NCBI GenBank assembly: GCA_951804945.1
Contig: OX638152.1
Location: 49,538,001 to 49,602,000, forward strand
Direction: 5' to 3'
Origin: Podarcis cretensis
Taxonomy: Eukaryota
Length of the DNA stretch: 64,000 nt
Part shown: one piece after another, positions 53,601 through 64,000 of the stretch
How the letters are laid out: each line of letters begins with the position of its first letter
Position numbering within the stretch: the stretch's first letter is position 1
The notes under the pieces: model-generated
Databases searched by the model: none
What the model was told of the DNA's origin: nothing
What the model saw: the letters and a program-made list of their open reading frames with translations, nothing else
Made by a program: the position numbers and the translations under genes

Positions 53601-54689
53601 CAAAATAGCTCTGTGCAAATGTTATAAGAATAGAGAGTGGACAGTTATAGAAAGCTGGAGTTGGAGTCCCCATGAAAAAAGCAGGGTATCCAGGGTATTC
53701 AAATCTACATTCATAAAATCTGTAAGCATATAAGGACCGAATAGACAAGTTTGTGCACCAATTAATAGCTCACCACCATAATCCAAAGAAGAAGCCACTT
53801 TTCTTGTGGCCAAAGCCAAATAACCATCAGATTTAAAAACTGTGCTTCTGCTTAATTTGTTGAACAGTTCACGTTTGTTCCTTATAGGGTGTTTGGGTGG
53901 TTTCTGGGACTTTTATCTTCCTGTGGGGAAAATAAACAGTTCCCAACAACACCAAATTGCCAAGAAGAAGTGTGTACTTACTTTAACTTCCTGTTTTCCC
54001 TTTGAGAGCATTAGAAACAGCACATGTTTACAAAAAGGAAATGCTTGAGTGGTCTTCATGCAATAACCTGCGTGAACATACATAGTGAAGAAAGGACCAT
54101 TTTACATTAAGGATGAGCCATTTCAAATTTGCATGTTTTTCACCCATAATTCTACTCTCTTCCATTTCTTCATTAATCTATATTTTTTTCCAAAAATGCT
54201 TCTCAAGATATATACTGAAAATATGCATGTAATTAGTTGTAATTAATTTAATTAGTTCAACCCCCCACCATGGGTGTGTGTATGGATTTTGGCCACATAT
54301 CTGATGAAACACAGGAACTGGGATGATTTAACAGTGAAGTGAGAGGGATTGCAATTTGCGTTTGTATGTTTCATCTTGCTTTTTTATATTTTCATCTTAT
54401 TTTTTTTTAAAAAAATTAAGCCACATACTTTGCCAGTTGTTGGCAGAGCAACATTACCAGAAAAGCTCTGGTCACTATTAGCACTATGCTTCCTTTCCAG
54501 AGTGTCTCTGGAAATGATGCCAGTGTTCCCTCCTCTGTCCTCTAAAACCATTTAAGGAACTAATTGGACCTAGTCCCCTGAAATAGAACCAAAATGTGAC
54601 TGTGGAGGAAAATAGGGGAAACCTGTTTTTGCCCACCTCTGATTTGTTACTTATTTAAATGTTTAATCCACAACTCCCTGAAAAGAAAG

Positions 54690-55515
54690 TGTCAGAGCTG
54701 CCTCTAGGTCCCAGCTCACAGAGGACCAACACTATGCTGTAGTAATGTACAAAAGTCTTTATTGAAGTTCAGTTTCCATTTCAAAGCCACAGCGTGCAGC
54801 CCTACGTCTTAAACCCTAGATCGGCGAAGTCCCGTCTGAGTCTCCTCCCCTATGACACCAGTTTAAGATCCTAGCCCTGCTCCACCTTTTACGCTGCTCT
54901 CTCCTCCTCTGGGTCCTCCTGCCCGCTGGGGCATTGCCCTTTCTGGACTCTTCCGACGCTGAGTCGCTTAGCTCCTCCCCCTGCCTCCTGCGGGCTTTAG
55001 GACCCGGTTCCCAATCCTCATTCTCTGCTGTCCCGCGCTCCTGTACATGTGAACTTGCCTCTCGCGCCAGCCCAGTGACCTTTCTCCTAACCGTTACACT
55101 ACTTCGGTCACTGCTTCCCTCTTCCGAGACACTGGCCGGATCTGACCTCTCCTCCGTTGTCCGACTTTCTGATGGAGGCGTGGTCAGCCCTGCCTTATCT
55201 TCTCTCCCTGGTGGGGAATGCACTGGCCCCGATCCTTGGGACTCTTCCCCCCCACTCTGCTCTGGTGGGGAAGCTGGTCCTGATTTCCAGCTACTGCTCT
55301 GGGAGTCCCTGCTGCCCCCTTGCTCCTGGGGCGTTCCCCTTGGGAACCCCCTACCCCTGGCCACTGGCGCCCCCTTCTGTGAATCTTCCGATTCGCTGGA
55401 GAGGCTCATGGAATCCCTCGGTCCACTGTCCTCTTCTCCTACGCTCCCCTCGGATTCTTCCCCTTCGCTCTCCATCTCCTCTCTTCCCTGTGCCTCTGCT
55501 CCTGAACCCCTGACA
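54690..55515 (-). mobile_element. solo LTR (826 bp), probably Gypsy/Ty3-type
   Basis: TGTCAG...CTGACA termini; perfect 5-bp TSD gaaag at 54685-54689 and 55516-55520; minus-strand AATAAA at 54758-54763; sharp GC increase. Confidence 0.88.
54816..55475 (-). CDS. putative LTR-encoded low-complexity protein (219 aa; acidic/Ser-rich with Arg-rich C-terminus)
   Basis: uninterrupted frame covering most of the LTR, open from LTR nucleotide 2; motif similarity to the decayed frame in the 61417 LTR; translation unproven. Confidence 0.5.
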   Translation of the reverse strand: MESEGEESEGSVGEEDSGPRDSMSLSSESEDSQKGAPVARGRGFPRGTPQEQGGSRDSQSSSWKSGPASPPEQSGGEESQGSGPVHSPPGREDKAGLTTPPSESRTTEERSDPASVSEEGSSDRSSVTVRRKVTGLAREASSHVQERGTAENEDWEPGPKARRRQGEELSDSASEESRKGNAPAGRRTQRRREQRKRWSRARILNWCHRGGDSDGTSPI

Positions 55516-57299
55516 GAAAGGAAAAGAAATTTATTAAATATATTAATTTATAAATTGGGCACTGTATTTTTCCTTCAGGTATTTAACTCTCTCTATTCAC
55601 TATGTACTTCATTTCCCTCTAAATTCACCCCGAAACACCACACACACACACACACCCTTTCAGTATGGATGTTTTCAAAGAATTAATTAAAATATAATTA
55701 AATTAACACAATGGTTTAATGGCATTCCGAGCTAGTTTCATTTTCACCACCCAGAGCTCCAGCAGAGTGCAAATAGTCAGTATCATGAGGCATGAGGAAA
55801 TGTGAAAGGCAGTTCAATGTATTAATTCTATTTAACTGCAGGGGTCAGCATATCAGTCAGTTATACATCTCAATAAACTTTTCAAAGTAGTTATATAACT
55901 CAAACAAATACACAAAAGAAGCTAATTTCCCCTCTGGAGACAAGGAGATGGAAGTAGCTTTATACGCTAGCGACAGCAAGTTCGTAAAAGTTATGAATGC
56001 TTCAAACTATATTCATTCATCTAAAATAGCATCTTGATTTACAATAGAAAAATAAGGCCCTTTAGCAGTTATGTCCCCTAGGAAGACAATATTATTTGAT
56101 ATTCCTCAGGTCCCCTTCAACCTGCGGTTTCAGGTATCTTGTAAAGAAACACATTTTTTTGCCCAGTCTTTCGCTGACCCATAAGTTTGTTTTCTTTTTG
56201 TCTGTACGGATTCCCTGAATTTCTCATTTTATTTGGATTATATACCTTTGTATGCTTTTGTACTACTGTTTTACTGTTTTATGTTGCATTTTCTTAAAAA
56301 GAAATTAAGCAGTTTATAAATGCTTTAACTGGGTAATAAATATAGAAATTCACCACTCTCTATGGTTTCCTTTCTATGACAGGCAATGAGACTCTCCTTC
56401 CAAGGCTGATTAGAAAAGAGGAATCAATTCTGCAAATCCGGCAGCATTTTTTCTCATTATTTCTCTCTCACTAATACCTCATTGGAAATCATTGTACCTT
56501 GGCTTTGTTAAAATCAGTTATCGTTATGCAAGTTGTCATAAACACATAGCAACTTTTCTTTTACTTCTTATGACTTTTCAGTTTGCCTTTGACCGGAAGA
56601 AACAATTATACCTTATGTATCCTTGATACATTTGACTCATATCAATAGTCCTTGTACAACATCAGCTTTCTTGGATTTACTTGATCATTTGGTGCTGAAC
56701 GTGATCATTTTTGTAAGGGTGCATTTACACAGCACTTTATTTCATTTTCCTGACATTTCCTTACCGGATGATTGCTGTACTTTCTGTGACCTTTCACACA
56801 GCAAGCCAATTTCAAATAAAAGTCACTTCTGGGAATCTACTTAAATCTAGTAGAAATTTAGCACTCATTTCTGGGTAAATGGTAGGTGGAATTTGTTCTA
56901 GAAACAATCTGGTTAACATGGAAAATCACAGGTGTTTTCCATCAAAATGGTGAAATTCTATGCTATATCCTAGCATATAGTTCTTTCCCAACATTTTAAA
57001 TTTAGTGCAACATGGCAGTATATTGATCCAAAAAGCCAACAGCCAATAATATTCCATATATTCCTTCATGAAGGAAGTAAGGTGTCAGCTCTGAGAATAC
57101 TGGTGATTTTGGAATTTAGTTTCTGAGTCAGCTAGATTCAGATTTGTCTTATAAAAAGAGCAGATTGCATTAAATATTGTTGCATGCCACCCAAATATCA
57201 GAGTGGTGTAAAATTCCAGGGATCCCCATCTCTGAATTGTGTGAGATTCCAGGAGTTTCAGGTGCTTACCCAGGGTTCAGTTTCCTTGGAATGAAAGAC

Positions 57300-58253
57300 T
57301 GTGGAGTGTGGGAATGTTCAGGGAGGCAGGAGAGGATATATTGTTTAATAATATCCTTTCCAACTTGCATTAACAAGTTCTATGATTTAGCAGAGTAACA
57401 CTCCCCCTTTTTAAACTTACACAGCAGGTAGGTTTGCCAGGCTTGCATAAGCCTCTAAAATAAGTTTCCTGATAATTCCCCTTATATTCCCTCTTAAAAA
57501 GAATAGACATGACACAGTCTTGTATAAAAGTATAAAATAGTTTACTCACACATTCTGTTCACAGATGGATCCCAGAAGGCATACATAAGTTACAAAATAT
57601 ATACACCTGGAATCTATCCCATAAGGATATAGTTCTTTTGTCCTCTCTTGGCTGGAAGCCAAGAGAGCATCTCAGGCTGATGCTTCTTTGATGAAAGCAA
57701 AATGGAGAAGAGAGAGATGTGGTGGCCAGCCCTGTGTTTTTGTTACCTGCACAGGTGAGGTCACACCCACATCTGGTCACATATAGAGGAAGTTTATCTA
57801 TTGGCTGGACAAACATCCCTCTTCATGTCTAAACATGTCCACTCTAGGAATGTTGTATTTGACTGCTCTGTGTTTCACACCCCACATGGAGACTGTGATG
57901 TCCTTATGATACATGGTTTATTTACACATATAGAAAACATGAGCTTATGATGGAGGGGCTCACAGCATTAACTTCCCAAGACAGTCTTGCTTCTCCCATA
58001 GCCATAGCCTTGGATTCAAGCAGAAATCAAGCATGACTCTCAATCTCTGACTTCTGCCTGCTTCTATCTCAGCTCTCTCACACACTCCACTCTGGCTATT
58101 GTCCTTCCCCCTACCAGCCAGTTGAGGGAGGGGTCCCACCCATTTGCCCCCCAGCACAAAGCAACTTCCTTTCTTATACTAACCACCTGCACTCAGGGCC
58201 ATTACCAACAAATTGGCCTGAATACTTTAACAATGATTTCCCCAAACCTCACA
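57300..58253 (-). mobile_element. possible ERV-like solo LTR (~950 bp)
   Basis: TG..CA ends with imperfect inverted termini (tgtggagtgtgggaat / atttccccaaacctcaca); minus-strand AGTAAA near 57541; TSD not matched. Confidence 0.4.
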
Positions 58254-60357
58254 ACGCTGTAGTGGGTTTCAGTTGTCCATGTTACATGGGATATAAAAAG
58301 AAAACAAAAATCCCTCACATTTGTTCCTTGAACTGCTTCCTTCAGACATTCCACTGCCTATCCTGTTGATTAAATCACAATATTAAAGCCATCAGGAGTT
58401 ATACTGATATTTAAAAGCCATATGTTTTGTATTAATGCTTATTTTAATTAGCATCCTAAATAGATTAGTTTTGCCTGCTTATATTTAATGTTCACATTTA
58501 ACTTAAAATGTTATTTTTTCCCCTTTGAGGCCATGCTGATTATTAGCCTAATGTGATTATTATCCTGTTAATGAACCAAGTGCATGCCATTTTGAAATCT
58601 CTCTCCAAATCGCTGTTTTGAGCTAGAACTTGCTCCTGCCTTTGGCAGCTTCTGACAGAAGGTTATGGCAAAGGTTTCTGAAGTCTAAAACCAATTTATA
58701 ATTTATCTTAATTCCCAGACTGCAACTGAATCAGTAAAAGGCACTTTCCAAAGCATCACTTAGGAGGGTTGTCTGCTTGTTGCTAGGGTTTCCTTTTGCA
58801 ACTTTCTCTCCATGCACTGACCAGCCGTGCCCCTGCATGGCTCGGGAGATCTGTCAAGATCAGAGTTTGTGCTGGTAGTGCTGCAGGCAATACATATCAC
58901 CAGAGTATTCCCTTTACTCAAAACTAGTTGGAATTCTCATTTATGTTAGTGTCTGAAGTTAATTTTTATTTTCTTTATTTAAAAAGAGGTGTAAGAATAT
59001 GGAAGTAAAGCAAGCATTCAAGGTCCACAGAACATAAGGTGAATTAAAATAGAGAATGCAGGATCTCCTTTGTAGAGAACTCCATTTCAAAACCAAAAAC
59101 TGGATAAGTCTTCTCCTTGACCCCAGAATAAGTATTACAGCAGATCAGAAGTTCCTAAAACTCTGCAGCAGCTTCTATTCCCATAGTGTGTTATGTACTA
59201 ATCAGAAATAGTGTACCCTTTATGTAGCCAAAGAATGAGGTATTAGGAGGTTCAGGTGAACCCCAAGTTTCACAGAAGTAAAAAGAAAAATCTTTACCAA
59301 AAATGAAATGGGAAGACATTTTGTGTGTTTGTTTGTGTGTGTGCCTGTACACGAGAGAACAATTGGGGACTCTTAACAATACATTTACCCAAGTTCTGCA
59401 GACCTCCCCAAACCGCCCACAAAAGGATAGAAAATACAAGATGAAAAACCCATTTTGAATTCAATACAGAGGGGTGTGTGTGTAAAAGAGAGAGAGAGAG
59501 AGATTTGGAACAGAGAAAGAGCAGGCAATTTAAAATGTATTTAGACGCTTTGTCATGGATTTGCTAGTTTCTCTTGCTCTCTGTTTTTCTCTTTGCAAGG
59601 AGATTTTTAAATGTGGGGGAGCATTCAGGAATGGTGTTTTCCATTTGCAGTCTAAAGTGGAACAATCCACCTGCCACCTTAGGATTCTATTACCTTATTT
59701 TCCTCTGTGTGCAGACCAGGTCACACTCCCTTTCAGTTCCATATTTCAAGTGTTCAGATATCATTCCTTCCCTCAGGTAGAGGAGTGTTTCAGAGCTGCT
59801 TTATTCATTCAATTGTAAAACCAATTGCTTTTAAGATTTTATTTTATTTTATTAATTTTTATCAGTACTCAGTAATTTCCTCATTATTCAGAATAAGAGA
59901 CTTATGTTTAAATTGCTGTAATTGTGCATGTAGAATATTTTGAATTTGATTAATATAATAGGAAATTACTACTGACAGAGATATAGCACACATTTTCCCC
60001 CAAATTAGAGTTTGCCAGATTGTAGTGCCCTTTTATTTTTAATCTTCCTCTTCTTTTCAGTTTTTTTTAGACAGACGAAAGAGCATGGTGCAAGGTTACC
60101 TAGTAACACTTGATGCTTCTTTTTTATTTACCATTTGTGCTATGAACAAAAATAGTTAAGGAATCTAAGAATGGAAGAAACAACTAAAATGGTTTCAGCA
60201 CCAATGGATTAAAATCCTAAAATTAAATCTAGTAAGATTGCAGCTTCACTGTTGATTGGGGGTTATTTGCCCCCAGTCCTTTGAATTGCGAAAACCTCAT
60301 TGGGCTTCTTCCTGGTGGGTGGAGTCAAGCCACTCCATTGGCCAACAAAGTGAGGTC

Positions 60358-60844
60358 TGAACAAACACAAACCCCTGTGTTGCAAAATGTGACAATCTAC
60401 AAAAATGCAAATGCAACACGCTGGGTAATAACTGTTAGTAAATATATAATCGGTATGATGTCAATCAAAATATACGAATAAGCCACTTCAAAATAATATA
60501 TATAACATACAACACATCTCACAAAATATACAAGTGACTGCAAATTGTTATGTATATCAGAGTCAAACAAAGGTTCAAACAACCAATGAATAGCGAGGAA
60601 CGCCAAACCATCTCTCAAAGGAAGACATCTCACACAAGTTTAAAAGGAAGACGTTTCTCCAAAGTCTCAAAAGGACAGTGCATCCAGAATAGTTCAACTG
60701 TTTCGAAATAAAGTCTTCATCAGAGAATAATTATCAATGAAATATACACACTAGTGAAGATCATGCTAGTGGATCAGTGCTCACTGGATAATGTAGCTGC
60801 CGATCAGTATTCCAGCGTGTTGCGTTTGCATTTTTGTAGATTGT
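60358..60844 (-). mobile_element. Penelope-like retroelement remnant with inverted repeat
   Basis: 14-bp TSD aacaaagtgaggtc at 60344-60357 and 60845-60858; 33-bp inverted repeat 60392-60424 / 60812-60844 (1 mismatch); minus-strand CTGATGA..CGAAAC. Confidence 0.65.
60690..60728 (-). ncRNA. degenerate minimal hammerhead ribozyme motif
   Basis: ttctCTGATGAagactttatttcGAAAcagttg: core boxes present, stem II weak, stem I unconvincing. Confidence 0.35.
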
Positions 60845-61416
60845 AACAAAGTGAGGTCAGCTGCTCCTTTGTAAGGGAGCACCACCCTTGAGGCCTGCTC
60901 TTTTGCTTCATTGCAGTGACCCACTTAGTGGGTTACATTAGTGTTGCATTTTGGCTGGGCAGGGAACAAACTTGGGCATAAGGTGAGCACCGTTAGGCAC
61001 CCTCAGAAAAAGGGGCTCTGGCCAACCACCCCACATTGTCGTCCAGCTTAAGGGCTGCTTGGTCTGCTGTTCTTGGATCTGAAGGAGCTGTCCAGTTGAA
61101 TATTGGACTGTAGGGACAGAAAGAGCCCACTCCCAGCTCATTTTTATGATGAGCGGAGAATGAGAACCTAACCTTAGTTTAAATTGGGTGAGTAGGTTTG
61201 AGCTGTGGTGCTGTTGCCCAGAACCAAAGTTTGGCCTGCTCTTTATTCCTCAGAGCAATTTCCAAGTCTGCTGCTATTTGCTATGCCTTGCTGCAGACCT
61301 TTAAGCTCCTGTTAGCAAAACCTATGCCCTTTCCATCAGACACCTACCTCATGAGTCTTCATTCTAGCTATCTGGGAGCAATACCCTTTCTTTCTTCTCA
61401 GTACACTTTGCATGGC

Positions 61417-61884
61417 TGTCAGAGACATGGCCAGAAGAGAGGAATCTGCAGAGGGGGAGGAAGAGGCACAGGAAAACAGGAACTTAATTCTCTCACACAA
61501 CAAAAGTGTGATAAGTCCTTCTCGCTCTGGATTGCTGCCTGTAAATTTATGCAGCAGCACAGAGATGAAGGAGCAGGATGCAGGTGGTAGGAGGGGGTTG
61601 GATTCAACTCCAGAGGGGTAGGAATTGGCCGCACCTGAGTCTCCAAGAAGCAGGAGGCGGAGCAAGCGATGAGAACAAAAGAGGACCAGCAGGAAGTGGG
61701 GGAGGGCTGGGCATATATCTAGCCTTGGAAGGGGCCAGAAGCCAGTTGAGTCAACTGACTCTGACAGTGAGGAATGAGTTGTGGGAAGCTTAGATTTCTG
61801 AATGCCTGTTGTTGATAAATAAACCTCAACTAGTAAAACTGCCAGCGTTTCGTGTCTTGTGTGGGAGAAGTGCTAAACCTGACA
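61417..61884 (+). mobile_element. solo LTR (468 bp), probably Gypsy/Ty3-type
   Basis: TGTCAG...CTGACA termini; perfect 5-bp TSD atggc at 61412-61416 and 61885-61889; AATAAA at 61818-61823. Confidence 0.85.
61418..61777 (+). pseudogene. decayed LTR-internal ORF resembling the 54816-55475 ORF
   Basis: VRDMARREESAEGEEEAQE...PEG*ELAAPESPRSRRRSKR*EQKRTSRKWGRAGHISSLGRGQKPVESTDSDSEE*; two in-frame stops (61619, 61670), no frameshift. Confidence 0.5.
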
Positions 61885-64000
61885 ATGGCTCTGCTTGGTT
61901 GTTAGAAGTAGTTGCTCCCATTGTCTGACTGCATTCATGGAACGACAACCATACCAATATTTTTGTGGGTGCATCTTACTGCCTTTGTGTTCCATTTGAT
62001 GTCAGAATTTCACAATGTCATTTTTAGTAACTCTTGGATTTTGTGAGTATTAACATACCAGGAGCTGTGGCCTTGCTCACTACATTCGCCTGCCTGCCTC
62101 CCCTTCAACCCTCCTCTCACCAAATCCACCCCCTCCCCTCCATTTATTACTCACCAAAGCCATCCGGCCCTCCCTTTGCACCTCACCAAAGCTTTGTGAT
62201 AAGTAAAATTGCATACAAATGTGCACGGCATAATAACTTCACACTCACAATATGGGACCTGTTCCTAGTGGAAGAGGAAGATGAGGGGGGGAGGGGGAGA
62301 GCTGCCACTTACTAAGCCCTGCTGCCTTGCTCTGTCTAAGACAGAAGCTGAATAGTAGTGTCTCCTCTTCATTCTTTAATTTTTACCCTCCCATTGACCT
62401 GAGTGGAAGATAAAATAACCCACCAGTTCCAGAGATGGCAGAGTTTATTGGTCCTTCTGGGGGCATGTCAGGGGTCTATGTCATACCCCTTTTTGTGTAC
62501 CACAGAGTAGTGCCAATGGTGCAGAAAGAATGGTGGAAATTTCTGTCAGTGTGCCAGGGGGCTATATGCACAGACCTTCCTCTCTGTTCCAGAGAGGAAG
62601 CTCTACAGCAGCCAATGGACCCTCAGGTGCCTTCTCCAAATGTAGTCTGTGCTAGGCACAGTGACAGTATGAGACAGAACAACTCCAGTATAAGCTTTAG
62701 TTTTGCCCTGGATCCTTCCAGATAGATCTGTGGCAAAATGAAATTGTTCCTGTTCCATCACAGGAATGTCTCAGGGTGCTCTGCTGTTCTCACAACACAA
62801 TAGTATGGAAAGTAGTTTTTGTTTCAAAATAATATTTCATGCTTCTCTAGGATTTTTCTTTAGAACCATCTGGAGCAGAAAGAAAATGTTTCAAGAGACA
62901 TGGCTTCATCTGTTGCCCAAATATTTGACACCCATAGCTAACATTTATACATTTAGCAAGCAGGGTAAAGTTGTTTTAGAAGCAGTGATTTGGTCATTGA
63001 TCCAAAACGGTTTTAATATTCAAGGACAGAGCTGAACATAGGAAACAAGGTTATAATAAAGAATATTTCTTGTTAAACAAAGTAGCCATGTTTATTCATA
63101 TTTGCAAACATACAATTCAAAGACAAGAGCTGCTTATAATGTTTCAAAGCTAAACTGAAGTGTGTTCTCAAAACTTGTATTCATGGTTTTGAAAATTTTG
63201 TATTCATGTATTTGGCATTCCTGTTTATGATCTTCTCCATGAGATAATCCTCAAACCTTTGTTCTCTAATCCTTCTTTATCGTGTCTAATTTGAACTTTC
63301 TTTTTGGCCTTCTTAAGGATTTCAGATTCAGAGCTTCCCTTAATGAGATGAGTTTGTTACTTTAACATAAATGAAATTCATTTTTGTACAATGATTTCTC
63401 AAATAGGCAATGCCAGCTTAATATTTGGGCTTAGAACATGCTATATGGACAGAATTGTATTGAATATGTAGTCAGAATATTAAAGAAATCGTTTTAATTC
63501 TTGTATTCCAGCAACTATTATAATAAAGGCAGCAATGGCTGCTCGTAAATGAAGTATAAGAGGACCTATTTTTCTGACTTATATATGTTCATTTTGCAGA
63601 CATTATTTTGACTGATAGGAAGATCACTTGAAACCCCTGATCTGTTGCACTTGCGTTTAGGAGGAGTGGGAGCTTCCTTCTGTCCAGCCCTATCCTGCTC
63701 TGCCCTTGGTAGGAAAGCTTTATTGGCAGGAAGCACCCTAATATGCCCAGCCACATGGCACATGGGCAAGGCTTGGCAGTAACTTCATTGACAATAGCTA
63801 ACAGAAACTCTGTTAAACAAGATGTTTGAGGGATCAGAATGGGGTGGGCAGGCACAAGATCTGCTGGATTCTGTGTGGACCCTGCTGCTGTCATGTGACA
63901 GCAACAGGTCAAATCGGGGCCTCCTTCCTGTGCCAGCCTGGCAGCAGTGGGACCAATCCAGGCCTCTGGGCTGTGCCAATCTGACTGGTATAAGCACTGG

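Noticed and set aside
54934-55686. 250-aa plus-strand ORF
   Set aside because: Antisense shadow of the purine-rich LTR frame; Ser/Pro/Leu-rich, and it runs out of the LTR into flanking DNA and a CA repeat.
1-64000. CRISPR arrays, operons or prokaryotic defence systems
   Set aside because: The sequence is vertebrate repeat-rich DNA with no regularly spaced repeat-spacer array or dense coding organisation.

Overview
AT-rich vertebrate genomic DNA from a squamate reptile, most likely a lacertid lizard (inferred from Sauria SINEs with (ACCTTT)n tails, RTE/Bov-B, CR1, L1 and L2 LINE fragments, and TA-TSD and 8-bp-TSD MITEs). I recognise no host protein-coding exon, so the window looks intergenic or deep intronic. 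Identifiable content: six Sauria SINEs, three Bov-B 3' fragments, several CR1 fragments, two 5'-truncated L1-clade insertions from different families, five pogo/Tigger-like MITEs, several hAT MITEs, two clear solo LTRs plus one possible, DIRS-like fragments, and a Penelope-like insertion with a possible degenerate hammerhead. The most notable observation concerns the two divergent solo LTRs (54690-55515 minus, 61417-61884 plus; TGTCAG...CTGACA, 5-bp TSDs). Each carries a reading frame that enters the LTR in the same phase and encodes an acidic N-terminus followed by an Arg-rich RREQ..W.RA..DSD C-terminus, suggesting an LTR(U3)-encoded accessory protein family. Several TSD-verified nested insertions give a relative chronology of TE activity. 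All family names come from pattern recognition, not database searches.
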